NCBI RefSeq assembly: GCF_018350175.1
Contig: NC_058368.1
Span: 227,666,001 to 227,730,000, forward strand
DNA: 64,000 nucleotides
Origin: Felis catus
Lineage: Eukaryota
Direction of reading: 5' to 3'
The notes beneath the pieces are model-generated. The model saw only the letters and a list, made by a program, of their open reading frames with translations, was not told the DNA's origin and did not search any database. This document shows, piece after piece, positions 1-13,720 of the stretch. Every line of letters begins with the position of its first letter. The first letter of the stretch is position 1. The position numbers were made by a program, and so were the translations under genes.

Positions 1-1510
1 CATGCCAGCCTGAAAGAAACCCCTGATAGTAGACACCAGCCCTAAATTCTCCACTACTAATTTATTTTAAAAGAGAAAACACTACATCTTATGTTTCAAA
101 ACAATCACACAGCAAGATGGCAGCCTCGTGTACAGGAGCAAGCATCCACTAACTGTAGCCAATCAGAAATTTAGGGCATATGCTAAAAACGTGGAAGCAT
201 TCTGTGTATTCACATGCTAAGGACCAGGTATCCGCAAAAGAGGACCATGAGTTCAGAAGCGACCAGGGAATCGGGAGAATGCACCTGATAATCTGCAGAA
301 AATCTTGCCCAAATGTAATGTCTCCTGCTTTCCTAAATGTTACACTTCCTGATCCTGGAAGACGAGATGATTCCACGGCACATATAAAGTTGTTGACAGA
401 ATCGGCTTCATGGAGAACACGATCACGACAGGCTACACCTTCGGAAGGCGATCTGAATCTCGGGAGGTAAGCACACGGGAGGGAAGGCAGTGTAAGCTCG
501 CAGGACAGACACCCGTGGGAAGACGCCGTGCCAGAGATTTACTAATCGCATCCAAGACATCTGTGCTCCCCAAACCGGCTTCTTCCTTGAACCAGAGTTT
601 TCTGGGCTTGACTGGCTGTTGTAATCACAGCTTCTGAAATCTAAAAAGGCATGCTAACTTGAATACCCACTTAGAAGGTAAAAGAGAAAACGCCTGCCAA
701 AGAGCATCTCCCTTTGCACAGTCATCTTCAGAGAGCTTCGTATGGAAAGCGTGGATTTCTTCTTTAAAGCTCCTGCGTGAAGATGAGCTGCGACGTGCTG
801 CACGCGCCACCCTGGAAATGCGTCGGCAAGAAGAAATACCTACTCACGATCGCTGTACAACCGGAGGAGGAGTGGATCTTCACATCAGTAGAGAGGAGGT
901 TCCAGCCTCTGCCAGAGTGCTGGCAAAACTGATCCTCGTGCCTCTTGCTGTGACCCTGGTGCCTGAAACAAAGCCCCAGCCGAGGGCTCCCGAGGTGGAG
1001 CCTGGTGCCTGCAGACGCTGTGCCAGGCTGTGCAACCCATTTCCACCAAGCTAATCCGACCCTCCTCTCAGGTTCCTCCTTCCCGGAACACCAGAATTGT
1101 TCTCCATAATAAATCTATGTTTAGTATGTTTTAAATGAATTCAACCGTACGACTTTCACCACTTCCTTTTCGGGTCTGGTTACGTTACTTCATTGTATGC
1201 CTCAAGTCAGCGTTTTGAAGAAGTTGACTGTACGAAAAGTGTATTACATAAATTGCTAATTCTAGAGCTCTAAAGACCATTTAGAATTCATCCCACAAAG
1301 GACCCTTCAAAACACGACCCTAAGAACAACGTAGTCAACCTTGAACAAGTACAGAGCAAGTGCAAAAAGGAAGTCTCTTCTCCCTAAACCTCCCCGAATG
1401 GTTTTACTTTTGTGAAAATGTTCCAGAAAGTGAAACATGGCCCCTTGTTAAGCACTAACAATACCTCTGCTCCCATATTTAAGGTGCCTCCAAAGGCCAT
1501 CCTGCCCCCA

Positions 1511-1560
1511 AAATACATAAATATAAAAATATAAATATAAATAAAAATATAAATATAAAC
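1511..1560. repeat. AT-rich low-complexity (AAATAT)n-like tract
   Basis: aaatacataaatataaaaatataaatataaataaaaatataaatataaac. Confidence 0.7.
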
Positions 1561-4500
1561 TTAGGTCTCTGCCGTAATCGCTTCTGTTGTAATTTGTTTG
1601 GACAGAAATCCATCAAAGAGGGGAGGGCAGAGAAGAAAAGGTGGTAGAGCTCCCTCCAGGGCCCTCACTCCCAGTGCTGCAGCAAGACCGAGGAGGTAGT
1701 TCCTTGGGAAGAGCCAGAAAGCCTCAATGAATGAAGCTACACACACAACGTGTAGTTCTGCTTCGATACCAAGGCCACCGTCTGTGTGTGTCCAGACCAA
1801 ATCCACTGCACACGGTCTTAACAAAGCCAGGCTCCTTATGGAGCTGTCTCGCAGCCAAGAGGTCTTCTGGCTTCAAATAATAGTAAAAAGCAATCTTTAT
1901 TAACCACGGTGCAGGGGCCAGAAAAAGAAGTCCACCCTATATCTCCAGATCTTATGCACCGCCCCCCCATTTTATTTGTGGCCAGTTCTTAATCACACGG
2001 GGCCGTCCCTCTACCTACATGGCCTGATGGTGTACTCAGAGGCAGAGCAAACTACTTTTAGAGCTACTCTGAAATGGTTCGCGGGGTTTCCTCTGAAATT
2101 TATCATGTCTCTACGCACATGGCTGCCACGCCCCGGACCCTCGACCTCCACTACCATCTCCCTAGAGCCTGTCACAGAACGAGAAGTTGCCACACATTTG
2201 TGGACACGACAGACCAGAGATCTCCCTCTAAAGCGAGTGGAGGGGAATTACATAAGTGGTTGGGTCCCAGTTCCCGGTCAACCACGAAAGCCTGCTGAAT
2301 GCCCGCAGCACGGCCGTGCGTGCAGTTTTATCAGGGACAGGTAGGGCTGGGCTGCAGGAGGCCGCGGGAGACAAGCAGGCACAGCAAAGTGGCACAACGC
2401 ACTTCTAAAGCCACCTGGTAGCTAAAAAATACAGAAGAATCAAGTGATGTTCTTCAAGAGAGGGGAGGGCCTATAAATATTTAGGGACAGAAAGAACTAA
2501 AAGAGGGAGAAGTTGGAGATGCCAGGAAAAGAGGTCATAATTGAAGGGCCCATGTAATGGCAGTGGGTGGAGACAGTAGAGAGCGGACACACGGGGACGT
2601 GGCCATGCTCAGGGTGGAGCTCAGAGCCTGCACCCAGCGGCAGGTGGGCAAGAGAGAGAGGCCCACAGACAGAAGAGGTCGGCAGTCTGCACACGGCTCC
2701 CCAAGCCCCAGCCCAGCCTCCAACCTTGCTGGCCACATGGTGGTGCTGCTCAATAGTCCCACCTACCTGATGTCCCCCATGACTGCTTCTACTATCTTCT
2801 CCTTCTGTCACCAAGCTGAATTTTACAAACTGCAGGTGTCTGCTTAGACATCAACAACTGCCAGGGAAAGGCCTCTGACAGGTGGCCATGCCTATTCAGA
2901 AGCACCTGCTCTGGCCTGCTGCTACCCACCCTCTGTCCCCCACACCCTGTGGCTGTCAGAGTGCCTGACGCATGGGCAGTAGCCCTCCAGAGGGAGGGAG
3001 AGTGGGTGCAGATGTTTGCAAAGTGAACAGAAGTATATTTAAGGTTTCTTTTGAAGCACAGCTCAGATCTGGGTTGTTAAGCACTTTCAGTGTAAGGGGG
3101 AGTGAGTAGGGTGCCCCTTAGAGTCCCAGGGACAATGAGCAGTGATAGGGAAGGACTGGGACTCAGCTGGGTAGAGGCAGGAGCCTCTCTCTGAGGAGTA
3201 AAAAGCAGACCACAGCTAAGGTGCTACTTTAGCCCTTGGCCTGCCCTAGAAACCTTTGGGTAGAAACGTTCTCTACAAAGGAAGTCTGCTCACTCTTGCT
3301 GCCCCCTGAGAACCTGTGTTCACAGCTCTGATGGTGACCTAGACCCAAGGAAATGAGTTTACCATGAAAAGTAGAGTAATGTCACCCACACAAGAGACTT
3401 GTGTAATTTAGAATGGAAGGCGGCACAGGAACTGGAGGGAGAAGGGTTGATGGGGTGCCGGTCACACGGGAACATTTGGTGAACCACTGTCCCCGTCAGA
3501 GCAAGCTCGGGACAGCCCAGCCTGCCATCACGGGTGACCATACTATTTGGGGGTTAGGGGGGGGTCCCCATCTCCAGAGCCTGGCTGTTGGCAGTTCTGC
3601 CTCCAACTTTCTTTGGGGCCCCAAGTCTCCGTTCATATGACACAACCTTCCTATCCATCCCCAAACCACGTCGGCCACGGCAGTAGCTTATCTCACAGAA
3701 AACACGAAGGGGAGATAAAAGCACATTTTCCACATTTCTTCTGCTGTAAGACGAAGGTGAAATATTTTCCAACAGGCATGAGGTAGGGACGCCACAAACA
3801 AAACAGACAAGAAAAACGCTCCAAAAGTGCCTCTTGGTTTGGCAAGGCTGCTGGACACACAATCTCCTCTGGCTCATCTCTTGAGATGAGGAAAGCAGAA
3901 ATGTTGGGATTGGCACTTTTATTTCCTATGTGAGGATGTGTAAAGAAGGCAACTTGTTAAAGGCATTCCACTGAACAAGACTTAAGTGCAGACTGTTTTA
4001 TTATCCCGTAACTCAGTCCCAGATTCAGTTTCCCAAATGAGTATGGACCCGAACGCTCTGTCGTGCAAAGCCTGTGGACACACGGCCACAGTTTACTCCT
4101 ACTGTGACTTACAGAAGAGACCATGCTGCTGGACGTATACTGACACTCTTCCTTTTATAAGGGAAGAATCTCTTCCTTTCTAATAATGTTTTCAGGCTTT
4201 CCAGCCTATTTGCATAATATTAATATCCCTAAATCAGTTTTATTTTGGTTAATATTTGCCTGGCGGACCTTTCTCTAACAGGTTATATACTTCCAAATTT
4301 CCTGGGTACTTATGCATTAGGTGTGCTCTCTGAAAAAAACATACAGCAAGATTTTTAAGAGATAATCAATCTTTTGTCTCTTAACAAAAGTAAAATGGTA
4401 AAATCTATTTTGCATTTACTGTAATTACCGATACTTATGAACAAGTTACTACATCTTATTTTGTGATTTCGATCATGATTTTTGTTTTCCTTGTTTCTTT

Positions 4501-4844
4501 TGTTTCCACCAGACCCATACGCGTGAATTTTTCTTTTTTCAGCCAGTTTTCTGTATTTCCTTCCCTCCTACGCTTACTAGGAAGTGATGCTTTCCATCCC
4601 TATGCTGTCAGTGGCTACTGCACACTTGAGTTTACAAGTGTCAGGTAAGCAGAAGGTCCTGCCACCCTCGGAACCTTCCATCTCCCATGTTAGAGTGTTC
4701 TGACACATCAGTCCTGTTCTGCTTTTAACAATCCCCAAACCCACTATCTGTTGTCTACATGGTCAATCCTTTGATTTACAAATACATTTACCAATTTCTA
4801 TGCTCATTCTTGATCCTAGTCCTTTCTTTTCATACTTCCCTTTT

Positions 4845-4975
4845 TATTCATTTAACTAACTCATTCAGTACCTATCTGCTGATCACCTAAGTATGCCGGG
4901 CACTGCCCTGGGTTGCAGTCATAGAGAAGTGAACAAAACAAAGTCCCTGTTCTCGCGGTGTCCGTGTTACAGTGG
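4845..4975 (-). mobile_element. L2 LINE 3'-end relic
   Basis: ttattcatttaac...gatcacctaagtatgccgggcactgccctgg...gtgaacaaaacaaagtccctg resembles the reverse complement of the L2 3' end. Confidence 0.55.
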
Positions 4976-5499
4976 GTACTTGTGTTACTAATACTAAACT
5001 GCATGCTTTAGTTCTTCTGGTTAAGTACTGGAGTAGCAAACTCTCTCACTCTCGGTCTACACTTTATCCTCATCATTGAATGACAGTTCAGCTGGATCTA
5101 GAATTCCAGACTATTCTACCAACTTCCAGAACCTGTGGTTGCTGGTGAGAAGTCGGCTGTCTTTCTAATAGCCCTTCTCACTGGGGTTCTTTGGTCATTT
5201 CTCTCTTCTTGATTTTACACTTTGTCTTCGATGTTCCTCAGTTTTGCCACAACGTGCTTCGGTCTGGACGTGTCTTACTAGACGACTTCTTTTTAAAGTA
5301 ACTTTCCCCACACCTCCTTATAACTTCCATTTAATATGGAACAGACATACACACATGTCACGTTATTGCAATTTCTCCTTCACTCTGCTTGCAAAAAAAA
5401 AAAAAAAAAATCCAAAAAAACACATTTACCAAGTAACAAGTCGTAGGAGTGCCCTGGCCTAGGTGCTTTATATGATGCTACCGCATACATACCTGACTT

Positions 5500-5640
5500 C
5501 CTCTCTAGAAGACTTTACTGTGCCTACTTTCCAGATAAGGAAGTTAATCTTAGAAATGTAAAGAGATTTTTCCAAGTGACACAGCTAGTGAGCATTATAA
5601 CCAATGCTCCAACTCCACAAATCCCCTGCTCTAAACACAC
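5500..5640 (-). mobile_element. MIR relic
   Basis: Degenerate MIR core (tttccagataaggaag...ccaagtgacacagctagtgag). Confidence 0.45.
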
Positions 5641-5993
5641 TCCACACCCTGCCGCCTGTTTCTAAACACACACATTGAAGAGAAGTGGATAAGCAGCAAG
5701 AAATGCTGGCCCATCGTTACAGAACTGTTACTGCCTGATTATACGCTGAAATTTCACAAGCTGTCAATAGACACTGGTACAATGAATACGTCAAAAACAT
5801 CCGGGACATCACTTACGACACATCCTTCTGCATAGGCAAGGACAACCTCACGCTCAGATCTGAGCATCACCTCTTCTGAATCACCTTTCAACATATCTAG
5901 CCAAGGCTAACTTATCTTGGATATGGTTAAAACTAATTCAAAACCGAGCTCATAGGTATTTAGGGGAGGAACTAATAAAAGCCACTGTTTTAC

Positions 5994-6116
5994 CTGGGCT
6001 ACTTCTTCAAAATCTTCATGGCGTTTCTGCAAAGCTCTGGCCCGATGAAGTGATTTCCCCACACCCGTATGTTTGCTGAGAAACGCTTCTCCATGATTCT
6101 CAATCCAGTCCAGCAC
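5994..6116 (-). CDS. TRIO: TRIO coding exon (~exon 10, 123 nt): VLDWIENHGEAFLSKHTGVGKSLHRARALQKRHEDFEEVAQ
   Basis: ORF 5907..6116; acceptor ttttattgtag|GTG, donor CAG|gtaaaa. Confidence 0.97.
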
Positions 6117-6877
6117 CTACAATAAAAGACAGGTACATGTGCCATAAAAACAATGTTCTGCCCTGTTTGATGGTTAGGACTATCCACTGAAGATACACTC
6201 TGTTGTCAAAACTATAACAAGATGCAAAGGAGAGGGAAAAAACTAGAAGCAGTTGGACACTAACACATCTGATCAGTTTTCCCACCATGATTTTCAACAG
6301 CTCTTACTGTAAAACCGTTAAGTCTGTCTCTGTATAAACATTACGTGCCATAATGATTAAATCTCACCTCATTTTATGCATGACAGAGCCTCCAAAACTG
6401 AGTAGGTTTTGGATAAGATAGTGGTTATCAAGCCACAGACAACCAGTTTAGCTTAACATTTTTACAAGGCTCAAAGCTTCACAACTCAGGCGATTCAAGT
6501 TTAACTACAGAGTTAATGTTTTTCTGTCTCTTCTTTAGAACCCTGAAAACACAGAAGTAAAACCTAAGAAAACAAAACACTTAAATGCCTCTGTCCCCGT
6601 CTTTGAGGATAATTTATTCTGTAAACTACTAAGCTGTTGGGAAAGCTAAACACTCCATGAATTTAATTACTTAAAAGTTCTTGCAAGTTGGCATCCACTA
6701 TATAAAGAAAGGGAGTACAAGGTAGGCAGTGTGACATGATGTTTTCAGGTTCAGAGTCGGCCTAGAGCATAGTTCATTGGTTCCTATACTTGAAAAACCA
6801 CAAAGAAACCTGACAATATCTAAAAAACAAAATCTAAAAAAATACTTACACTACCATCAAATGTACACTTTGCCTCA

Positions 6878-7060
6878 TTTTTTTAGTTTATTTATTTATT
6901 TGCGGGGACGGGGTGGAAGGGAGAGGGAAAGAATCTCAAGCAGGCTCCACATTTGTCAGAGCAGAGCTCAACACGGGGCTCAAGCTCACAAACCGTGAGA
7001 TCATGACCTGAACCAAAATCAAGAGTTGGAGGCTTAACCGACTGAGCCACCCAGGCGCCC
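6878..7060 (-). mobile_element. CAN-SINE (tRNA-derived carnivore SINE)
   Basis: Reverse complement of gggcgcctgggtggctcagtcggttaag...; T-rich tail at the left end. Confidence 0.92.
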
Positions 7061-8094
7061 GCCCCTGCTTCGCCTCTTTCTGATGGAGAAAAGATAACTA
7101 GCAAAAAATAGGTCAGTGACATCTTTCACTAAAAACTAAAACTTTAGATACAAGATATTTAAATATTTGAATACATTTGTTAACGTACTGGCCACTCCCC
7201 ATACTTCACATTTAGTAACTATGGTAACGAAGAATATGGATCAAAACTATCTGTGACTGAAGAACCAACTGGGAAATGTATCGCCAGAACAGTGGTCTGG
7301 AGGAAAACCTAGAAGCAGACTAGTCATGGCACTAATGGCAAAATAAAAGGGGCCTTAACTTGGGCTTCATTGCTATGAAAAGGGTCCCTTGCCCTTTGCT
7401 ACCTGCACTAGAGATCAGCTGTGCAGACAGATCTCTTAAAAAAAAAAAAAAAAAAAAGAGGCAGCTGGTAAGGGCCAGTTGTGCAGGGACAACTGGATCT
7501 ATTATCCATTGCTCCAAACCTGTGACCGTCAGAAGCCAAGGGTCTGACTGAGGGCCCTTTCTGCATAGAGTTTAGCAAAGTTAGTAGCACGTGAACATAA
7601 AACAGCTTGCAAACCTGAATAACTCGCCGGCGGCCCTCTTACGTACCCTATAAGATGAGCAGACGTGTATGTACGTGGAGGAGGTGGGGCGAGGCACAGA
7701 GGCCAAGCCTTCCAGCAAGTGCTAAAGCTACACATTTACCTTATTACTACAGCTCATTTCTGAGCTCTTTCGTCAACACCACCAATCTGCCAGCCACCTG
7801 GGGTCACACTATCAGAGCAATTCTTAGTGGATCTACATGTACTCTGTTACCTCACTCCCAGTCCTCCTGAAAGCTCTCGATTCTACCCTTCATTTCTAGC
7901 CCCGGCTGCACACCTGGGGTCGAGCTGTGTGTTGTTGGGCAAGTTTCTCTATCGTTTTCTGGACAAGAAGCTTCCCCAGTGCTCAGTGCTGATAATAATG
8001 GGGAGTTGTGAGTATTCAGCGAGATCTCCGTTAAGCACACCAGTACCAACGTGGTGAACACACAGCACGCGTGACATCCGCACCCTTAAACCAC

Positions 8095-8164
8095 ATGGGG
8101 CTCAGACTCACGACCAGGAGATCAAGAGTCAAACGCTCTACCGACTGAGTCAGCCAAGTGCCCC
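8095..8164 (-). mobile_element. Old short CAN-SINE, tRNA-like head only
   Basis: Minus strand reads ggggcacttggctgactcagtcggtagagcgtttgactcttgatctcctggtcgtgagtctgagcccca. Confidence 0.75.
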
Positions 8165-8607
8165 TATCCATTGTTTTTTAATTAGTGCGCTTAGCACATT
8201 ATTTTCCTTTCTTGAGACAAAAGAGAGAAAACACACGTTAGTACTACCATTAGTAAGTAGTGCCACATTCACGCCTGACTTCAAGGAAGACATAAGCCGC
8301 TGAGTTGTTTACATGAGTCTCTTAATATATATTATCAAACACAGATCCACTCCCAAGAAATGTCCACTGACAACTTCAAGACATTTTAGCCTCAAAGGAT
8401 GGAATATGCCTCTGGGCAGGAAGCCAAAACCATGCAGAAGACAAGGATCAAATATTTTAAGCTTGAAAAGAACTCAAAGAAATGTAAGTAATACCTATGC
8501 TATAGCCAATCTGCCTATCAGATCTGTATGAAGGGCTAAGAGAGTTTTCTTTTTAGCTACAGTATATTCCTTATATTCTTCACCTTTACTCTTAAAAGAA
8601 AATCTGA

Positions 8608-8820
8608 GGGGTGTCTGGGTGGCTCTGTCGGTTAAGCATCCGACTTTGGCTCAGGTCATGATCTCACGGTTGGTGAGTTCGAGCCCTGCATCGGGCTCTG
8701 TGCTGACAGCTTGGAGCCTGGAACCTGCTTCGGATTCTGTGACTCCCTCGCTCTCTTCCCCTCCCCCACACTCTGTCTCTCTCAAATGTTAAAAAAATTA
8801 AAGAAAAAAAAGAAAGAAAA
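8608..8820 (+). mobile_element. CAN-SINE (felid SINEC_Fc-like) with imperfect TSD aaagaaaat(c/t)tga
   Basis: ggggtgtctgggtggctc...gagcctggaacctgcttcggattctgtg...A-rich tail. Confidence 0.93.
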
Positions 8821-9894
8821 TTTGAGCCACTAGTAAGCAGCAACCTGATTACTGGTAACTCAATACAGACTTGAAATAAAGGCACAATTTCAAAAAGTAA
8901 AAGGTAAACATTATTTGGTAGAAAGGGCTGAGGAAGCAAAATACAGAATTTTAAAAATATAAAAATTTGTTTTTTAAGCCTAAGAAAAGTCAGGAAGCAT
9001 AACCAACTCAGGGTTACAATTTTTCTTTTATTAGTGGTTCTTTTAGACAGAATTGTAAATACCAGGTGAAGATATATTTCCAACAAACACGAAAGTAATT
9101 CAAAGAAGGTGTACAAATGCCAAGCACTTAAAAAAAGAAAAAGTGGCAGACACTTGTGAAATCCAGCTGGTGTTCGAAACCAAATTCCCCCACAAGGCTT
9201 TGGCTTCTTTTAGAAGTTGGAGAACATTTCCCAGGTTGCCAAGGAATCCTGAATCAATACACATGTCCAAAGAGCATTTCAAAGACATGCTTGTGGAATC
9301 TCTTCCATTTAAAACACAAAAATATTTGCAAATCAGGGGTTTCATCAACTTAGTCCAGCCAGCCGCCTCCCTGACCTGAGCTATGGCCGGCAGCTGTCAT
9401 TTGTCTTGTGACCCCAACCCTAGAAATCCCTCAAACCCCGGCCCAGGCTTTGCTGCTCTGTGGCTAGACTGCAGGAAAAGGACCCAAGTGACGCCTTCCC
9501 ACAGTCTACCTGGTCCCTGGGCAGGATAACAAAGCTGGGAGGCCAACGCACCTTGCTCTCAGCTCGGAGGATGTGGTGCGAGCTCCTTCCTCTGTACATC
9601 GGTGCCCTCTAATGGACACGGTGACAGCCCCAATGTCAAGGTCACTCCGAAGTGAGCCACCAACACAACACAGATAAGGTCTCAGCATCCAAGTCAAAAT
9701 GTCAGATGTGGAGGAAACCTGACAGATTGTGTAGCTTAACTCCCTGTTTGTAATTACAGAATAGATCATGATGACAGCAAGTATGATTCTGTTCACTTCT
9801 TAATCATCATATCGCGGTTGAAAACCTGCTGTTGCAGCACGCATTGACCTATGTGCACCCTAAGCCATCAATCCACACGGTGAGCTGGGGTAGG

Positions 9895-10020
9895 GGAGGC
9901 ACATCATATCCCCATTTCACAGATGAAGACACAGGACCAAGGATCCTCAACTACCAGGTGGAGCCAATCTGGGGACTCAGACCCAGGAAGTCTGGACCGA
10001 GGGTCCAATCCCTTAACCTC
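9895..10020 (-). mobile_element. MIR relic
   Basis: atccccatttcacagatgaagacacagg...ggactcagacccagg, MIR core in reverse orientation. Confidence 0.5.
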
Positions 10021-10320
10021 TGGTCCATATGCCTCTTGAGTTGGCTCAGGTGTAAGACAGGTGGCACAATGAGGTCTGGAAAGAAAGAACTGTTTTTGTT
10101 GGCGAATGGCAGTGGGGAGGCTCCTGGACAAATGACCTCTGATGAAATGATCGTGTTATAATGGACAACAAACAGTGCCAACCCTCAGTCAAAGGTCATG
10201 GGAACTGGCCACTGGCACCTATCCCCCAACTCACATGGCAGAGTTCTGGCCATTTTGTACAACATGTGATTTTCTGTGACGAGCCCCCACTACCTAATAT
10301 TCGCAGTTTCACGGTTTACT

Positions 10321-10529
10321 ATTTTTTTTATTATTACTATTAGAAACAGAGAGAGTGAGCGTGCAAGTGCGAGGGGAGGAGGGGCACAGAGAGAGGGAGA
10401 GAGAATCCCAAGTGGGTTCCATGCTTAGTGCGGAGCCCGATGCGGGACTTGATCCCACCACCCTGAGATCATGACCTGAGTCAAAATCAAGATTGAGACG
10501 CTCAACTGACAGAGCCATCCAGATGTCCC
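10321..10529 (-). mobile_element. CAN-SINE
   Basis: gagagaatcccaag...gagatcatgacctgagtcaaaatcaag...gagccatccagatgtccc. Confidence 0.9.
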
Positions 10530-10803
10530 ATGGATTGCTATTTCTAATAATGACTGCTTTTTTTTTTTTTAACAATTTGTGAATAAATACTACACCCTCA
10601 CCAGAAGAAACTGATTCTCATAAACCTATGTCTCAACAACAGGCAACATGAAGACCAATATGAAGACATTTTTCCTTTAAAATGCATAAGTGTTTATTTC
10701 AAATACTGACTGGAGTAGCCTTCTAACATGACCACACATCACGTCACAGCCAGCAGTATCATTTATTGAGAGATTATTCCATGCTAAGCTTGGGTAATAC
10801 ATG

Positions 10804-11110
10804 CAGGTCCATAATCCCTTATCCACACACACACACACAAAGTTTAAAGAGCTCTGAAATTCTAAATTTTTTTTCCAAACGTTGGTCCCAAAAATTCATT
10901 TGGCATTAAGACCTCAGTCCCTGCAGTGAGTCCTTGTACATTTGGCTGCAGAAATCTCCATGCTTTTACTTCAGATTACAGGGGGGCAGCCCAGACCCCA
11001 TCAGAGTGTCCTGTATCACACAGTGCATGCACTCTGTCCTCTTCCTCAAGTTTCAAAAATTCTTAACCCCAAACACATCTATCCCCAAGGGCTACAAATG
11101 TAGAGACTGG
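10804..11110. mobile_element. MER46C-like TcMar/Tigger DNA transposon relic
   Basis: Terminus caggtccataatcccttatcc and internal gcagcccagacccc...aaacacatct...ccccaaggg recall the MER46C consensus; family assigned from memory. Confidence 0.5.
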
Positions 11111-12905
11111 ATTTTTATTATTGGCCCTCTTCAACAAGAAATGGGGGCTCAGAGAAGCGAAGTGACTTGCCCAAGAAAGAAGACCTAGAAAACAGATTCA
11201 GTCACAGTTCTTTACAGCCTCTAACTGAGGCTCTGACCCGTCATTACGTTATGTTACATCACGGTTTGTAGACACTGCATGAACACTGAAAAGTATTTCT
11301 AAAATCAGAGTTCCAACTCTAGGCTGGCTGTGAAAACTAGAGAAGACCTCAGACGTAAAACAACCAGGAACACATGAAGCCAGTCTAGTTTTACTGGGAA
11401 CCTGGGATCCAAAGAGTAGTCCCAGGTATCTGGGAAAGTATCCAGATACCTGTCAATTCCAGCTACCACTGGGAAGAGACATAATCAGTGAAGAAATGTT
11501 TTCTGTCATAATAATGAGAACTCCTTCTAAGTCACACTTATTCAGTTTACAAAACACAAATACACGAAGCAAGTGAAAAACCAAGGTAGTTCTAAAATAC
11601 TCTCAATGTGTCCATATATACATATATATATATCGATATAGATATACAGATATAGATGGTCAGATTTTTCAAGTGGCAAAATATTAATTTCCTCCCTGCC
11701 CATCCTACATTCCCTATAAAACCAAAATTATCCCAGTTCCATGTAGTTATTTCCTTCTTCAACCACTGTTGGTTTTCATTTAAACCACGGAGGATGCCAA
11801 TCTAGAAACAGACATACTGTGTTTCTAGTGTTGGGTGGTTTTTTATTTTTCTAGTGTTATTTTAAAATAAGTGCTCCTAAAACAATTATTTAGATCAGAC
11901 CTTTCTTGATGGTCAAATCCACGGTATTTTAATGATTATAACAAAGACTGGCCGATTAAGCAACGTCATTGCAAATCTGCTAAACGTAGGCAGGAGACAG
12001 AAAAGGAGGCGTTCCCTTAGAGGATGTTTTTAAGAAAGCCTGGTGTTTAGCATCACTGTGAGGACATCCAATATAATATTATTAATGAAACTTACCCACA
12101 AAGTGAAATCACAAATGAAGGAACACTCTGAGTTTACATTACTGAATTTCCCATCCTCATCCTCTTAGTCTGCCAAGTACTGTTTTTCCTGAAGCTCAGA
12201 GCACCTTGTACCTGGAACAGTATCTTAGTCACGTTCTTCCCTTTCCAGCAGAGGCCAGGCCAGCTGACCACCTGCTCGGGCAGGAACAGGATTAGAACAG
12301 ACAAGCCGGGCAGCCATGAGGAGCTGGGCTCAAGACTGCTAGAAGCAGTAGGTGCAGATGGGCTCTCTCCCCTGCCCTCTCCCTCCCAATTTATCCACTC
12401 CCAAGGGGACTAACCGAACTCCTCACAGTGGTGGGCAACCGCAGCTTCTAGAAAGCCCTTCCCCAGCCTGAAAAGCCCCCCTTAGATAGTCCTCCTTAAG
12501 TAACACGTCAATGTAATTTTACTCTTTGATTCGCTCAGAAGTGAACCATCCTCCTCAGGTCAAGAGCAGTGAAGCAGTTAAAAAACCACTGGGCTCCCTG
12601 GAGCTTTGGTCAAGTCACTGGACTTTTTTAAGGCTCAGTTTTATTACCCGGAAAATAAGGAGCTTGGCCTGACAAGATCACAAGGGCTTCTGGCTCTAAA
12701 TTCTATGATGTGCGTGGCACAACTCCCACAGTGACACGAGAGACACAAGTCAACACGCATCTCTGGGCTTTTGAGGACTGAGGGAAGAGGGGGAACTTTT
12801 TAGGTCCAGTATTCACAGCTACCTGACAATAAGCATGGTTCTCCCATTTCTTTATTTCTCTCCACTGGAGCCAAGAACTGTTTCTTCATTCACTGCATTT
12901 CAAAA

Positions 12906-13147
12906 AATTTTTTTTGTTTGTTTTGTTTTGTTTTAAGCTGGTTTTAACGTTTATTTATTTTTGGGACAGAGAGAGACAGAGCATGAACAGGGGAGGGGCA
13001 GAGAGAGGGGGAGACACAGAATCAGAAACAGGCTCCAGGCTCTGAGCCATCAGCCCAGAGCCTGACGCGGGGCTCGAACTCACGGACCGCGAGATCGTGA
13101 CCTGGCTGAAGTCGGACGCTTAACCGACTGCGCCACCCAGGTGCCCC
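12906..13147 (-). mobile_element. Young felid SINEC_Fc-type SINE with perfect 15-bp TSD cactgcatttcaaaa (12891-12905 / 13148-13162)
   Basis: CpG-rich near-consensus body (gctcgaactcacggaccgcgagatcgtgacc); exact TSD. Confidence 0.96.
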
Positions 13148-13240
13148 CACTGCATTTCAAAATTAGAATTAAGTTTGCTCTAAAAAGCTATACAATTGTT
13201 CTTAATACGGGAAGATCTTCTTCAAAAAATATGATTTCTA

Positions 13241-13440
13241 GAGGCGTCTGGGTGGGGTGGCTCGGTCAATTAAGGGTCTGACTCTAGGCTTTGGCTCAGG
13301 TCATGATCTCACAGTTTAAGAGTTCAAGCCCCACACTGAGTTCTATGCTGACAGCATGGAGCCTGCTTGGGATTCATTCATTCATTCATTCATTCATTCA
13401 TTCATTCTCTCTCTCTCTCAAAATAAACTTTAAAAAAATA
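13241..13440 (+). mobile_element. CAN-SINE with internal (ATTC)n microsatellite
   Basis: gaggcgtctgggtgg...gagcctgcttgggattcattcattc...ctcaaaataaac. Confidence 0.9.
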
Positions 13441-13720
13441 TATATAGTTTCTATAACATTCCAAAATATACTATAAGCCTAACGCTCACTTGGAAAAATA
13501 AGCCATTTAAATAAACAAAAAACCTCAGCAAGCTACACAAATATACAGCAAATATTACAGCAAATACAGAACCAAAATGCCCTGTGTTGCAAGAGCTACT
13601 TTTGCTTAAGCAATCTAAGAGCGTATGGTATGTCAGGAACATGTGCTCCATGTACACTTCCTTGGCTACCAGGGAACATGGGTGAAATCAATGGAGAAGG
13701 GCCCACAAAGGGTGTGGGGG

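Noticed and set aside
1..5900. Next TRIO exon (expected to start NTYTNADKLL...)
   Set aside because: No matching sequence found by eye; it probably lies just beyond the left edge of the window
8095..8164. tRNA-like sequence
   Set aside because: It is the tRNA-derived head of a CAN-SINE with a degenerate B box, not a tRNA gene
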